Below are positions 38,110-47,175 of a DNA stretch of 64,000 bases, in pieces. This DNA comes from an uncultured Porphyromonadaceae bacterium. Its GTDB lineage: Bacteria; Bacteroidota; Bacteroidia; Bacteroidales; UBA12481. The stretch spans positions 15,572 to 79,571 of the forward strand of contig CAZEKJ010000007.1 of assembly GCA_964512915.1 (NCBI GenBank). The letters run 5' to 3'. Below the pieces are notes generated by a model. It saw nothing but the letters and a program-made list of their open reading frames with translations. It did not search any database and was not told where the DNA came from. Position 1 is the first letter of the stretch. Each line of letters begins with the position of its first letter. The translations under genes and the position numbers were made by a program.

Positions 38110-39768
38110 ATGAAAACACAAACTCCTTCCCGGATCTTTCCTCTTTCTTCTTTCTTCTTTCTTCTTTCTTTCGCCTTTCGCCTTTCGCCTTTCGCCTTAA
38201 CGGCCCAGGTTATCCCCGATGCGTTATACTCCCGGGCCGAGCGCACCAGCTTCATGGAAACCTCGCTCAACGCGGATGTGCTGAATTTTGTGGATGCACT
38301 GGAGAAGGCTTGTCCACTGGTTACAACAGAAACTATCTGCACCACAAAACTGGGCAACCCGGTGAAGCTGGTGATCATGGCAAATCCGAGGGTTTCAACT
38401 CCCGAGGAGGCCCGGAAATCCGGGAAGCCGGTAATTTATATTCAGGCTAATATTCATTCCGGGGAGGTTGAAGGCAAGGAAGCCTCGATGCAGCTGATGC
38501 GGGAGATCGCCTATGGTCCGCTGAAGAGGCTACTCGACAATCAGATTGTGATGTTTTGTCCGAATTACAATCCGGATGGCAATGATAAACTGGGTGAGAA
38601 CCGGCCATCGCAGGAAGGCAGTCCGAAACTGACCGGAGTTCGTCCGAATGGCGATGGGCTCGACCTTAACCGGGAAGGGATGAAGGCTGAAGCCACCGAA
38701 ATGAAAGGCCTCCTGAAGAATGTTTTTGTCCGATGGGATCCGGCGCTCTTCATGGATCTTCATACCGATAATGGTTCCTGGCACGGATATATCTGCAATG
38801 TGGCTCCATCCTTTCAAACCGCCGCAATGCCAGAGCCCACCAACTTTACCTATGTTCTGCTGAAAGATGCCATGCAGCGGGTTATGTCCCGCTCCGGGCT
38901 GCCGATATACTGGCACGGATATCTGAATATGAGGCCCAATACCCAGGCTACTTTCACAGCCTATGACCACCTGCCGCGGTATATTGCGAATTATGTCGGA
39001 CTGCGAAACCGGATGGGAATTCTGAGCGAAGCTTTTCCCCATGATCATTTCGAGAAAAGGGTTCTTTCAAATTATTACCTGATACTATCCGTTCTTGAAT
39101 ATACCGGCAGCCATGCCAAAGAGATTCAGGAGATGCTGGCCAAAGCCGATCAGGAAACCATTGACCTGGTAAAGGCTCAGGCCGGCATCCTTCAGCGCGG
39201 CGTAAAATATCAGCTTGCTGAGGAGCCGGAGCCGGTTACCATGCTGATAAGGCAAACCGAGCCTTATACCCCGGAAGGGAGCACCCGCCAGCGTTTCCGT
39301 CCAACCGGAAAGCTCGGCTATGTGGAAAACGTAAAACACTCCAACCATTTCGTGCCCACGAAACTCAGCACCGTGCCCCGCACCTACATTTTCCCTGCCG
39401 AACTGGCAAAGGTGGCTGAAAAGCTAAGAGAGCACGGGATCGTGGTTAAGACCCTGGATAAAAAGGCTAAAGTGACAGGTGAAGAATTTGTCATCAGCAA
39501 ATTCACACAAAACCAGCGCGAAGGGTACGGCGGTCACAAGGTCGTTACTCTCGAGGGAGAATTCAAGCCGGTGAAAACAACCATCCCGGCCGGGTCCTTC
39601 TATGTCGACCTCGCCCAGCCGCTGGCCTGGCTAGCTTTCTACCTTCTTGAACCACAATCGGATGACGGACTGGTGTATTGGAATTATTTCGATGAATTCC
39701 TGATGAAGAAGGGGGTTGAGAAGGGTGGGGTGGGGTATCCGGTGGTGAAGACAACGCAGGAGTTGTAG
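38110..39768 (+). CDS. M14 family zinc carboxypeptidase, secreted
   Basis: IQANIHSGEVEGKEA (HxxE), NYNPDGND, LDLNRE and DLHTDNGS motifs. The N-terminal hydrophobic core is encoded by tandem repeats. Confidence 0.8.
   Translation: MKTQTPSRIFPLSSFFFLLSFAFRLSPFALTAQVIPDALYSRAERTSFMETSLNADVLNFVDALEKACPLVTTETICTTKLGNPVKLVIMANPRVSTPEEARKSGKPVIYIQANIHSGEVEGKEASMQLMREIAYGPLKRLLDNQIVMFCPNYNPDGNDKLGENRPSQEGSPKLTGVRPNGDGLDLNREGMKAEATEMKGLLKNVFVRWDPALFMDLHTDNGSWHGYICNVAPSFQTAAMPEPTNFTYVLLKDAMQRVMSRSGLPIYWHGYLNMRPNTQATFTAYDHLPRYIANYVGLRNRMGILSEAFPHDHFEKRVLSNYYLILSVLEYTGSHAKEIQEMLAKADQETIDLVKAQAGILQRGVKYQLAEEPEPVTMLIRQTEPYTPEGSTRQRFRPTGKLGYVENVKHSNHFVPTKLSTVPRTYIFPAELAKVAEKLREHGIVVKTLDKKAKVTGEEFVISKFTQNQREGYGGHKVVTLEGEFKPVKTTIPAGSFYVDLAQPLAWLAFYLLEPQSDDGLVYWNYFDEFLMKKGVEKGGVGYPVVKTTQEL
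38136..38196 (+). repeat. (TTCTTTC)n(GCCTTTC)n pyrimidine heptamer tract inside the M14 gene 5' end
   Basis: The tract is built from the reverse-complemented units (GGCGAAA and GAAGAAA families) of the purine tract at 43352-43414. Encodes the hydrophobic core FPLSSFFFLLSFAFRLSPFA. Confidence 0.9.
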
Positions 39769-39830
39769 GGCATAAGGGCACAAGGGCACAGGGGCACAGG
39801 GGCACAGGGGCACAAGGGCACAAGGGCACA
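39768..39830 (+). repeat. (GGGCAYARG)n array, 8 G-tracts
   Basis: Starts at the stop TAG (39766-39768) of the M14 gene. Confidence 0.9.
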
Positions 39831-39884
39831 GTCTTACAGTCTCTCCGTCTCTCCGTCTCTCCGTCTCTCCGTCTCTCCGTCTTC
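39831..39884. repeat. (CCGTCTCT)n octamer array
   Basis: GTCTTACAGTCTCTCCGTCTCTCCGTCTCTCCGTCTCTCCGTCTCTCCGTCTTCC. Abuts the stop (39886-39888) of the minus-strand gene. Confidence 0.9.
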
Positions 39885-39885
39885 C

Positions 39886-40329
39886 TCAGTGCCTGTGGAA
39901 AACCTTGCCCACAATCTTCCATCCGTCCTTGAATTTATACAGGTGCAGGTAGTCTGTAAAAATCAACTTGCCTTCCCTGCGAAGCTGGATCTTTGCCATG
40001 GCAGCGGATCCGGTTACGTCGATCATCAGGTAATCACAGGTGGTTTTAACAGCAGGACCATTCGGACTCTTTTCTTTGCCGAGCCGGGTGGTTTCTTTCC
40101 ATGTGTAAATCGGGAGTAAATTAACCGTTGTTCCGTTATCTGCCATGCTCAGGAGCACAAAGCAGGGGTGAAACCCTTTGTCGATTTCTGCCGGGTCGCC
40201 CAGGTTATGGATGCCATCGATATAGGCTTTCTGGATTACCTGCTTAATCTGATCTTCTTCCGATTGCGCGATTAATGCACTGATTGACAATAAACTGAAC
40301 AGAAAAACAAACAAAATACTTTTTTTCAT
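39886..40329 (-). CDS. Secreted NTF2-like/putative lumazine-binding family protein
   Basis: 147 aa with a signal peptide. Pattern IKQVIQKAYIDGIHN...DYLHLYKFKDGWKIV resembles the Lumazine_bd_2/SnoaL-like fold. Confidence 0.5.
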   Translation of the reverse strand: MKKSILFVFLFSLLSISALIAQSEEDQIKQVIQKAYIDGIHNLGDPAEIDKGFHPCFVLLSMADNGTTVNLLPIYTWKETTRLGKEKSPNGPAVKTTCDYLMIDVTGSAAMAKIQLRREGKLIFTDYLHLYKFKDGWKIVGKVFHRH

Positions 40330-40407
40330 ATTGTTGGGAATTACTGGTTTTATCTGGTTAAAAGTAAGAGTTTATCCGCTATTTTTAGGGCTCAGGAATC
40401 ACACAAA

Positions 40408-41703
40408 ATGCGCCTTCCAAGACCTCCGCGATTTATTTTCGTTCCGGTCATCATTATGGCCATGCTGCTGGTTTTACAATTGGCTGGACAGAACCCTGAA
40501 GATCACAGTCGGGATAGCCTAAAAAATTACGAAAAGACCCGCATCGAAGGACGTTCCTATTGGTCAGCTTTCGTCAATACCGGTCCCTATATCAGGAAAT
40601 ATATATCCAAACGGCCCGAAACCAGCCCGGAAATCTCGGAATATTTCAGAAAACAGGAAGAGATTGTTAGCCAGCTAAAGACTGAACATTCCGAGTCCGG
40701 AGAATTAAGCCTGGCCTTTATCGGGGACCTGATGTGGATATGGTATGGCTGGGAGCGATTCCTGTCGCCAGAAGTACTGGCTGAACTGGAACGACACGAC
40801 GTGGTTCTGGCAAACCTGGAAACACCTGTCGATCCGTCGCGGCGTGTTTCTTTCCCCGTTCCCGATCATCCGTCATACAATTCCCCGGTTGAGTTATTGA
40901 CCTCATTCTACAGTAAAACAAAAAGGGTAAATACCCTGACAGCGGTATCTTTTGCCAATAACCACACGTTTGACAGGGGAGAGGATGGCGCACGGGCAAC
41001 ACTCGGCGTACTTGATTCCCTCGGGATCGGACATTCGGGCGTTATCAGGCCGGAAATCCAGAAAAAACCGTACTATCTGATAGAAAAAAATGGCATCCGG
41101 ATCGGATTCTACGCGACTTGCTGGGGAACGAACAAAGGGGAAGTAGGGCACGAGGGCACAGGGGCACATGGGCATGAGGGATTGAGGGTGAATGTGATTC
41201 AGGGACTTGCTCCGTTAAATCAGGACAAAATTGACCTGTCGGAGGTGAAGTCGGTTCTTGGCCAAATGGCTCAGGATTCGCTGGATTTTAAGATAGTCAG
41301 TATCCATTGGGGGTTTGAATTTGAGTTCTATCCCGATCCGGTCATCATGGAGGTTGGACACCAGATCGTGGCTTCTGGCGCAGACCTGATTATCGGTTCT
41401 CATCCGCATGTTCAGCAGCCGAATGAAATCTGTTTTCTCAACGGGTATCGCGGGGATATCGCTCCATTCCTGATTTTAACGCCGGATTCGGTCCCTCGCA
41501 AGGCACTGATTGCCTATTCACTGGGCAACTTTTGTACACCGATGTACACTCGGACTCACCGAACAGGGCAGATTCAGTCACTACGCCTGTATCGACATCC
41601 TGAAACCGGCCGGATCGATTGGACGATACCGGAAGTCAAGAAGATATATAATGAAAATGGCCGGAAATGGCGTACATTTAGAAGGTTAACCCTGGCATCA
41701 TGA
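40408..41703 (+). CDS. CapA/PGA_cap family metallophosphatase-like protein
   Basis: LAFIGDLMW, FANNHTFDRGEDG, VSIHWGFEFEFYPD, GADLIIGSHPHVQQP and AYSLGNF motifs. Contains an in-frame degenerate G-rich repeat. Confidence 0.8.
   Translation: MRLPRPPRFIFVPVIIMAMLLVLQLAGQNPEDHSRDSLKNYEKTRIEGRSYWSAFVNTGPYIRKYISKRPETSPEISEYFRKQEEIVSQLKTEHSESGELSLAFIGDLMWIWYGWERFLSPEVLAELERHDVVLANLETPVDPSRRVSFPVPDHPSYNSPVELLTSFYSKTKRVNTLTAVSFANNHTFDRGEDGARATLGVLDSLGIGHSGVIRPEIQKKPYYLIEKNGIRIGFYATCWGTNKGEVGHEGTGAHGHEGLRVNVIQGLAPLNQDKIDLSEVKSVLGQMAQDSLDFKIVSIHWGFEFEFYPDPVIMEVGHQIVASGADLIIGSHPHVQQPNEICFLNGYRGDIAPFLILTPDSVPRKALIAYSLGNFCTPMYTRTHRTGQIQSLRLYRHPETGRIDWTIPEVKKIYNENGRKWRTFRRLTLAS
41137..41190 (+). repeat. 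Degenerate in-frame G-rich octamer array inside the CapA-like gene
   Basis: GGGGAAGTAGGGCACGAGGGCACAGGGGCACATGGGCATGAGGGATTGAGGGTG encodes GEVGHEGTGAHGHEGLRV. Confidence 0.75.
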
Positions 41704-42317
41704 ATAAAATAATTACGATCCTGATTACCTGTTTCATCTCCACAGGTTTAATGGGGCAGACTAAGTCAGCCAAAATCATTGAAGATTTGAAAACCGCCTA
41801 TAACGGCGAATCATCCGCTAGTGCAAAGTATGCAAAATATGCCGAAGTGGCTAAAAAAGAGGGATATCTCAATATTGCCCGGATGTTTGAAGCCACCTCG
41901 AAAGCTGAATCCTTTCATGCGGCAAACCATCTGGCGGTGATGAAGAAACTTGGCGGCAGTGTCAGCGGTCCGGTTTTGGAACCGGTCAAGCCGGGCACCA
42001 CGGCTGAAAATCTGGCCGATGGGATCAAAGGTGAGACCTGGGAATATGAAACGATGTATCCCCCGATGATTAAAGCAGCCGAAACAGCGGAACTTTATGA
42101 TGCGGTAACCACCTTCCGGTATGCCCGTGATACGGAGAAACGCCACAAGGTGATATACGAAAAGGCGCTCACAGCGCTAAAAGCGGGTCAGGAAAAGTCG
42201 GTTTCTGCAGTATGGTACGTATGCCCAACCTGCGGAAATACTTATAATTCTGCAGATCTGGCGGTTTCCTGCGAATTCTGTGGCACGCTAAGGCCTAGGT
42301 TCCTTATCTTTCAATAA
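41700..42317 (+). CDS. Rubrerythrin family protein with N-terminal signal-like segment
   Basis: Two ExxH diiron motifs (KAESFHAANH, DTEKRHKV) and a C-terminal CPTCG...CEFCG rubredoxin-like site. The start overlaps the capA-like stop (ATGA). Confidence 0.8.
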   Translation: MNKIITILITCFISTGLMGQTKSAKIIEDLKTAYNGESSASAKYAKYAEVAKKEGYLNIARMFEATSKAESFHAANHLAVMKKLGGSVSGPVLEPVKPGTTAENLADGIKGETWEYETMYPPMIKAAETAELYDAVTTFRYARDTEKRHKVIYEKALTALKAGQEKSVSAVWYVCPTCGNTYNSADLAVSCEFCGTLRPRFLIFQ

Positions 42318-43319
42318 TCCTTTACAGATTTCCCGGACCTCTTGTGCAAACAGGTCTGGTTCTTCCCAGTGCGGACTGTGCCCGCTGTTTTCGAACCAGG
42401 TAAATTCTTTTTTTGGTGCCTTGATGGTCTTAAACCAGGCTTCAACCACCGGGAATGAGGTATTGTAATCATACCGGCCTGCCATTAGGTATACCGGAAC
42501 TTCAAACTCTGTGGTACCGGTAAAATCCACCGAAATAAGTTCCGGATAAAGTTTTCTGCCATCGCGGAATACGGGCGTAATCCAATCGAGAGAATTATAA
42601 TCGGAGTACTCCATCAGGGCACGATTTTCATACAGGGTATCATGGTCGTTGATCCGGTATTTTACGAGCAGGATGCGGTGCCGGATCATATCATCCCATC
42701 CATTCTGATATCCTCCGGCGACAGAAAACGGGATGCTCGCTTCGGCCAGGATGGTTGCTGAATCGCCCGCTTCGCTTGCCAGTCTGATCAGCTGCTCCCT
42801 GGCAATCGAGTCTCCCATTTTCAGGTTCACCACCTGTCCCATACCGATATAACCGGCATAATCATCAGGAAAGAGCTTTATAAGATTTATCCCGATAACC
42901 GATCCCCAGCTGTGTCCTGCCAGGTAAATCTTTTCTACGCCGAATTTCGTTTTCAGAAACTGTGTGAGTGCATGCGCATCGTCCACATACAGTCCAATGG
43001 TCAGGGGAACCAGTGTATCTGATTCTGATTTTCCGCAGTTACGCTGATCCCAGGAAACCATGGTTACATCCTTGAACAGGCTGGCGTTGCGCGACCGGAT
43101 CATTGGGGTAGCCGGCCAGGCCGGACCCCCGTGAATAAACAGGAGAACCGGATTGCGGTCTGATTCTCCATGAATCTCAATGTACTGGTTAACCCCATTG
43201 AGATTAAGCATCAGGCTGGTGTCAGCGGGCAGGCCGCTATCCGGCGACTTTTTGCAGGATACATTTATTCCCGGCGCAACAGCAATGATTGCCAGAGCCA
43301 GGATCAGAAATTTTTTCAT
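42288..43319 (-). CDS. Alpha/beta hydrolase (S33 prolyl aminopeptidase-like), secreted
   Basis: FIHGGPAWP oxyanion region and GHSWGS nucleophile elbow. Signal peptide. Confidence 0.75.
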   Translation of the reverse strand: MKKFLILALAIIAVAPGINVSCKKSPDSGLPADTSLMLNLNGVNQYIEIHGESDRNPVLLFIHGGPAWPATPMIRSRNASLFKDVTMVSWDQRNCGKSESDTLVPLTIGLYVDDAHALTQFLKTKFGVEKIYLAGHSWGSVIGINLIKLFPDDYAGYIGMGQVVNLKMGDSIAREQLIRLASEAGDSATILAEASIPFSVAGGYQNGWDDMIRHRILLVKYRINDHDTLYENRALMEYSDYNSLDWITPVFRDGRKLYPELISVDFTGTTEFEVPVYLMAGRYDYNTSFPVVEAWFKTIKAPKKEFTWFENSGHSPHWEEPDLFAQEVREICKGLLKDKEPRP

Positions 43320-43351
43320 TGGAATCGTCTTGTTCTTAAAGATAGGGGATC

Positions 43352-43450
43352 AAGGCGAAAGGAAAAAGGCGAAAGGCGAAAGAAAGAGAAAAGAAGAAAG
43401 AAGAAAGATTAAAGATTAAAGAAAGAGTTAAGATTGAAAAGAAATTAAAG
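43352..43450. repeat. Purine-rich repeat tract (GGCGAAA)n(GAAGAAA)n(GATTAAA)n
   Basis: Read directly from the sequence. Lies in the divergent region between the starts at 43319 and 43523. Confidence 0.85.
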
Positions 43451-43476
43451 ATGATATTCACCCAACCACTATCTTT

Positions 43477-43522
43477 AACCGGCAACCGGCAACCGGTAAC
43501 CAGTAACCAGTAACCAGCAACC
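43477..43522 (+). repeat. (AACCGGC/AACCGGT/AACCAGT/AACCAGC)x6.5 heptamer array flush with an ATG
   Basis: Ends ...AACCAGCAACC, directly followed by the ATG at 43523. Confidence 0.9.
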
Positions 43523-44806
43523 ATGTCCAACCTCACAGCCAAGATCGGCTCCTTCCGCTGGCGAATTCTCGCCCTTCTGTTCATGGCCACCACCATCAAC
43601 TATATCGACCGCAGTATTCTCGGCGTTTTAGGACCAACGCTGCGCGACAAGGTTTTCGGCTGGACCGTTCAGGATTATGCCAACATCACAATCGCTTTTC
43701 AGCTGGCTTATGCGATTGGCTTGCTGAGCATGGGCGGGATTATTGACCGGCTCGGCACAAAAAAAGGGTATACACTTTCCATAGCGATATGGAGTGCTTT
43801 TGGCATGATGACGGCCCTGGTAACACGAAGCATGGGCTGGATCGGATTTGCGTTTGTCCGGTTTGGACTCGGACTGGGTGAGTCGGGTAACTTTCCGTCG
43901 GCCGTTAAAACGGTTGCAGAGTGGTTTCCCAGGAAGGAGCGCGCATTTGCCACCGGGTTGTTCAATGCCGGAACGAATGTCGGGGCCATCATAGCCCCGC
44001 TCTTTGTGCCGCTTGTGGTTAAAAATGATGGCACCAACTGGCAGATTGCCTTTCTGATGTCAGGGATTTTCAGCGTGACCTGGATCATCCTGTGGAACCG
44101 CACCTACCAGCGGCCGGAAATGCATCCGAAACTATCCGAGGCAGAGCTTGAATATATCCTGAGCGACCAGGTGGTTGAGACCACTGAAAAGGTTCCCTGG
44201 AAAAATCTTTTCCCCATAAAGGAAACATGGGCTTTTGCAGCCGCAAAGGTCCCGGATGCCGTCTGGTGGTTCTACCTGTTCTGGGGCGGTTTTTTTCTCA
44301 ATGCCCGGTTTGGACTGGAGTTGAGAGGCCTGGCCTTACCTTTGATCATTATTTATGTTATCGCTGATATCGGAAGTATTTTCGGAGGATACCTTTCCGG
44401 CTTTTTCATTAACAAGGGGTGGTCAGTAAACAAAGCCAGGAAGGTCACCCTGCTGATTTTCGGCACCCTGGTTCTGCCTGTAACACTCGCCCCGCTGGTT
44501 TCGAACCAGTGGGTGGCTGTACTGCTGATCGCGCTGGCCGCTGCAGCCCACCAGGCCTGGTCGGCTAATGCCTTCACCCTCGTCTCCGATGTGTTCCCGA
44601 AAAAAGCAGTTGCTTCGGTGGTTGGAATTGGCGGAATGGTAGGGGCTGTTTCCGGGATCGTGGCAAACCTTGCCCTGGGCAAAGTGCTCACCGATGCGGG
44701 CCCGCATGGCTATGTCTATGCTTTCCTGGTTGCTGGAGCCATGTACCTGATCATGCTCAGCATCATTCACCTGATCATGCCGAAAATGACTCCGGTGAAG
44801 ATTTGA
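43523..44806 (+). CDS. MFS transporter, hexuronate (ExuT)-like
   Basis: N-terminal WRILALLFMATTINYIDRSILGVLGP is typical of the ACS/ExuT subfamily. 427 aa. Confidence 0.75.
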   Translation: MSNLTAKIGSFRWRILALLFMATTINYIDRSILGVLGPTLRDKVFGWTVQDYANITIAFQLAYAIGLLSMGGIIDRLGTKKGYTLSIAIWSAFGMMTALVTRSMGWIGFAFVRFGLGLGESGNFPSAVKTVAEWFPRKERAFATGLFNAGTNVGAIIAPLFVPLVVKNDGTNWQIAFLMSGIFSVTWIILWNRTYQRPEMHPKLSEAELEYILSDQVVETTEKVPWKNLFPIKETWAFAAAKVPDAVWWFYLFWGGFFLNARFGLELRGLALPLIIIYVIADIGSIFGGYLSGFFINKGWSVNKARKVTLLIFGTLVLPVTLAPLVSNQWVAVLLIALAAAAHQAWSANAFTLVSDVFPKKAVASVVGIGGMVGAVSGIVANLALGKVLTDAGPHGYVYAFLVAGAMYLIMLSIIHLIMPKMTPVKI

Positions 44807-44828
44807 TAATGCTCCAAAACTAAAAAAC

Positions 44829-45776
44829 ATGAGAACTGTTCTTACATCTCTATTCTGCCTGATCCTGCTCGGATTGACTGGCTGCAGCGGGTCATTTCCA
44901 ACCGACAAGCCCATAGTTGAAGGTTTCATCGATGTAACCGGCGGTAAGGTTTATTACAGGATCGTGGGAGCCGACAAGCCTGGAATCCCCCTTTTGGCTC
45001 TTCACGGCGGCCCCGGAGCCGCACATGATTATCTTGAGCCCCTGGAAGCCCTGGCCGATGAGCGTCCGGTGATCTTTTACGATCAGTTAGGCTGCGGCAG
45101 CTCCGACCGGCCGGGTGACACGACCCTCTGGACCCTCGAACGATTTGTGGATGAGCTGGCAACAATCAGGAAAGAGCTGGGATTAAAAAAGGTGCACATC
45201 ATGGGACAGTCATGGGGCAGCATGCTGGCCGCCGAATATATGGTTACAAAAAAACCCGCCGGAGTTGTGAGCCTGATCTTTTCCGGCCCCTGTCTGAGTG
45301 CGTCACGCTGGATTACCGACCAGCACGCCTGGATCAGCCAGATGCCCGATTCGATGCAGAACGCCATTCGGATTGGCGAGGAAACCGGAAATTTTGCGAC
45401 CCCCGAATACCAGAGTGCGCTCAACTACTTCTATTCCATTCATGTCTGCCGGATGAACCCATGGCCCGATTGCCTGAACCGTTCCCTGGCCAAGATGGGT
45501 GTGGATGTTTATGAGTACATGTGGGGACCCAGCGAATTCACCGCCACCGGAACCCTTAAGAATTTTGACCGCACCGGTGAAATGACCGGAATAAAAGTTC
45601 CAACCCTGTTTACCTGCGGGGAGTTCGACGAGGCGACCCCGGCAACTACCGCCTGGTACCAAAGCCTGCTCCCAGGATCAGAACTAAAAGTATTTCAGGA
45701 CGCCTCGCACGAGCACCATCTGGAAAAAGAATCCGAATATATCGCCGCAGTCAGGGAGTTTATCGGGAAACAATAA
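44829..45776 (+). CDS. Proline iminopeptidase-family hydrolase (S33), lipoprotein
   Basis: LHGGPGAAHDYL and GQSWGSMLA motifs. Signal LILLGLTGCSG. Confidence 0.8.
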   Translation: MRTVLTSLFCLILLGLTGCSGSFPTDKPIVEGFIDVTGGKVYYRIVGADKPGIPLLALHGGPGAAHDYLEPLEALADERPVIFYDQLGCGSSDRPGDTTLWTLERFVDELATIRKELGLKKVHIMGQSWGSMLAAEYMVTKKPAGVVSLIFSGPCLSASRWITDQHAWISQMPDSMQNAIRIGEETGNFATPEYQSALNYFYSIHVCRMNPWPDCLNRSLAKMGVDVYEYMWGPSEFTATGTLKNFDRTGEMTGIKVPTLFTCGEFDEATPATTAWYQSLLPGSELKVFQDASHEHHLEKESEYIAAVREFIGKQ

Positions 45777-47175
45777 TTCCGTATGGCGGAAGATGGATCC
45801 GGATCGATTCCAATCTGCTGTCCGCGGGCTCCGCAAAAAGAACCTCGCCCAGGTAACCATTAACTGAATAGTGCGGCTTCTCGAGTTCCTGCAAAGTTCC
45901 CGTCAGGTTGATGGCAACCCAGATCCAGTTTTTAAAATCGCCCAGAGTCCTGACAAAAGTAATGACCCCAGGATTATCATTCGGAAGTATCCGGACCTCA
46001 CCGTGTGCCAGGGCCGGGTATTGTTTCCGCAAGGAAATCAGCGTTTTATAAAAATTCCAGAGGGAATTCGGATCCTTGATTTGCTCTTCCACGCTAATCC
46101 CGTCGTTTGCCTTGCCATATCGCTTGTCCCACCAGATTCCTGAATTTTTGTACCAGTGGGCCATACCCGGACCTTCTGTGTTCTTGTACCATTCGAAGGC
46201 TTCCCGCCTTGAAATCTGGTCTCCGTCGGTAGGCACCTCATGCTTGATTCCTTTCATCCCGATTTCCTGACCGTAATAGATCAGGGGCGTTCCTTTCAGC
46301 AGCAGGTTAAAGGCCGCACCCACCTTTTCCCTGGCCAGATCCCCGTTCATCAGGGAGGCAAAACGATCCACATCGTGATTCTCAATAAAAATCAGCTGGT
46401 CCTTGCCGGGGGGAGTCATCAGATACGTGGTATCCAGCTTGTTCTGGATCTGGTTCTTGTCGAGGGAATTGATGGCCATGTACAAGGGAAAGGCAAAAAC
46501 AAGATCGAGGTCCGCCTTCTTGAAAATCTCCGTCCCATACTCCATCCAGTTGGCCTGCTCCCCGATAATCCGGATATTTGGATTTATTGCCCGGAGTTCA
46601 TCAAAAAGCGGCTTCCAGAAACCAGCATAAAGATTGGTTAACCTGCCCGTAAAGTCGAGGTCATCCATGATGTGATCGATGCGGAACCCATCCACTCCGT
46701 CGTCGAACTTCCCGTCCTTGTTGGGATCCAGAAAGTAGTGGTAGAGATCATAGAAATATTTTTTTACCTCCGGATGATTCAGGTTGGCCATATTGAGACC
46801 CCGGGAGGTTCCGTCATAGGATATCACCTTTCCCCAGGGTGTTCCAGCCAGCTGATAATCCGGCTTGCTGGCATACCAATCGGAGCCCTCGGTTACATAC
46901 TGGGTCTCCATATCGAGGTAAAACCTCATTCCCCGCTTATGGATCTCCCTGAGCAGTTCCGTGAATTCCTTCATGGTGCCGTATTCCGGATCAATCTTCC
47001 AATAATCCTTGGCGAAATAATTGTGATAGGATTCAGATTCCATCAGCGGCAGCGTGAGAATCGAGGTAACCCCCAGATCCTGCAGGTAATCGAGCTTCTT
47101 TTTCAGTCCGTTAAGATCCCCGATCCGGTCGCCGTTGCTGTCATAAAAGCTTCTCGGCAGCACGTAATAAACCAC
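45760..47175 (-). other. GH13 alpha-amylase-family catalytic module
   Basis: GH13 conserved regions: YYVLPRSFYDSNGDRIGDLNG, DGFRIDHIMD, IIGEQANW and FIENHDVDRF. Confidence 0.85.
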
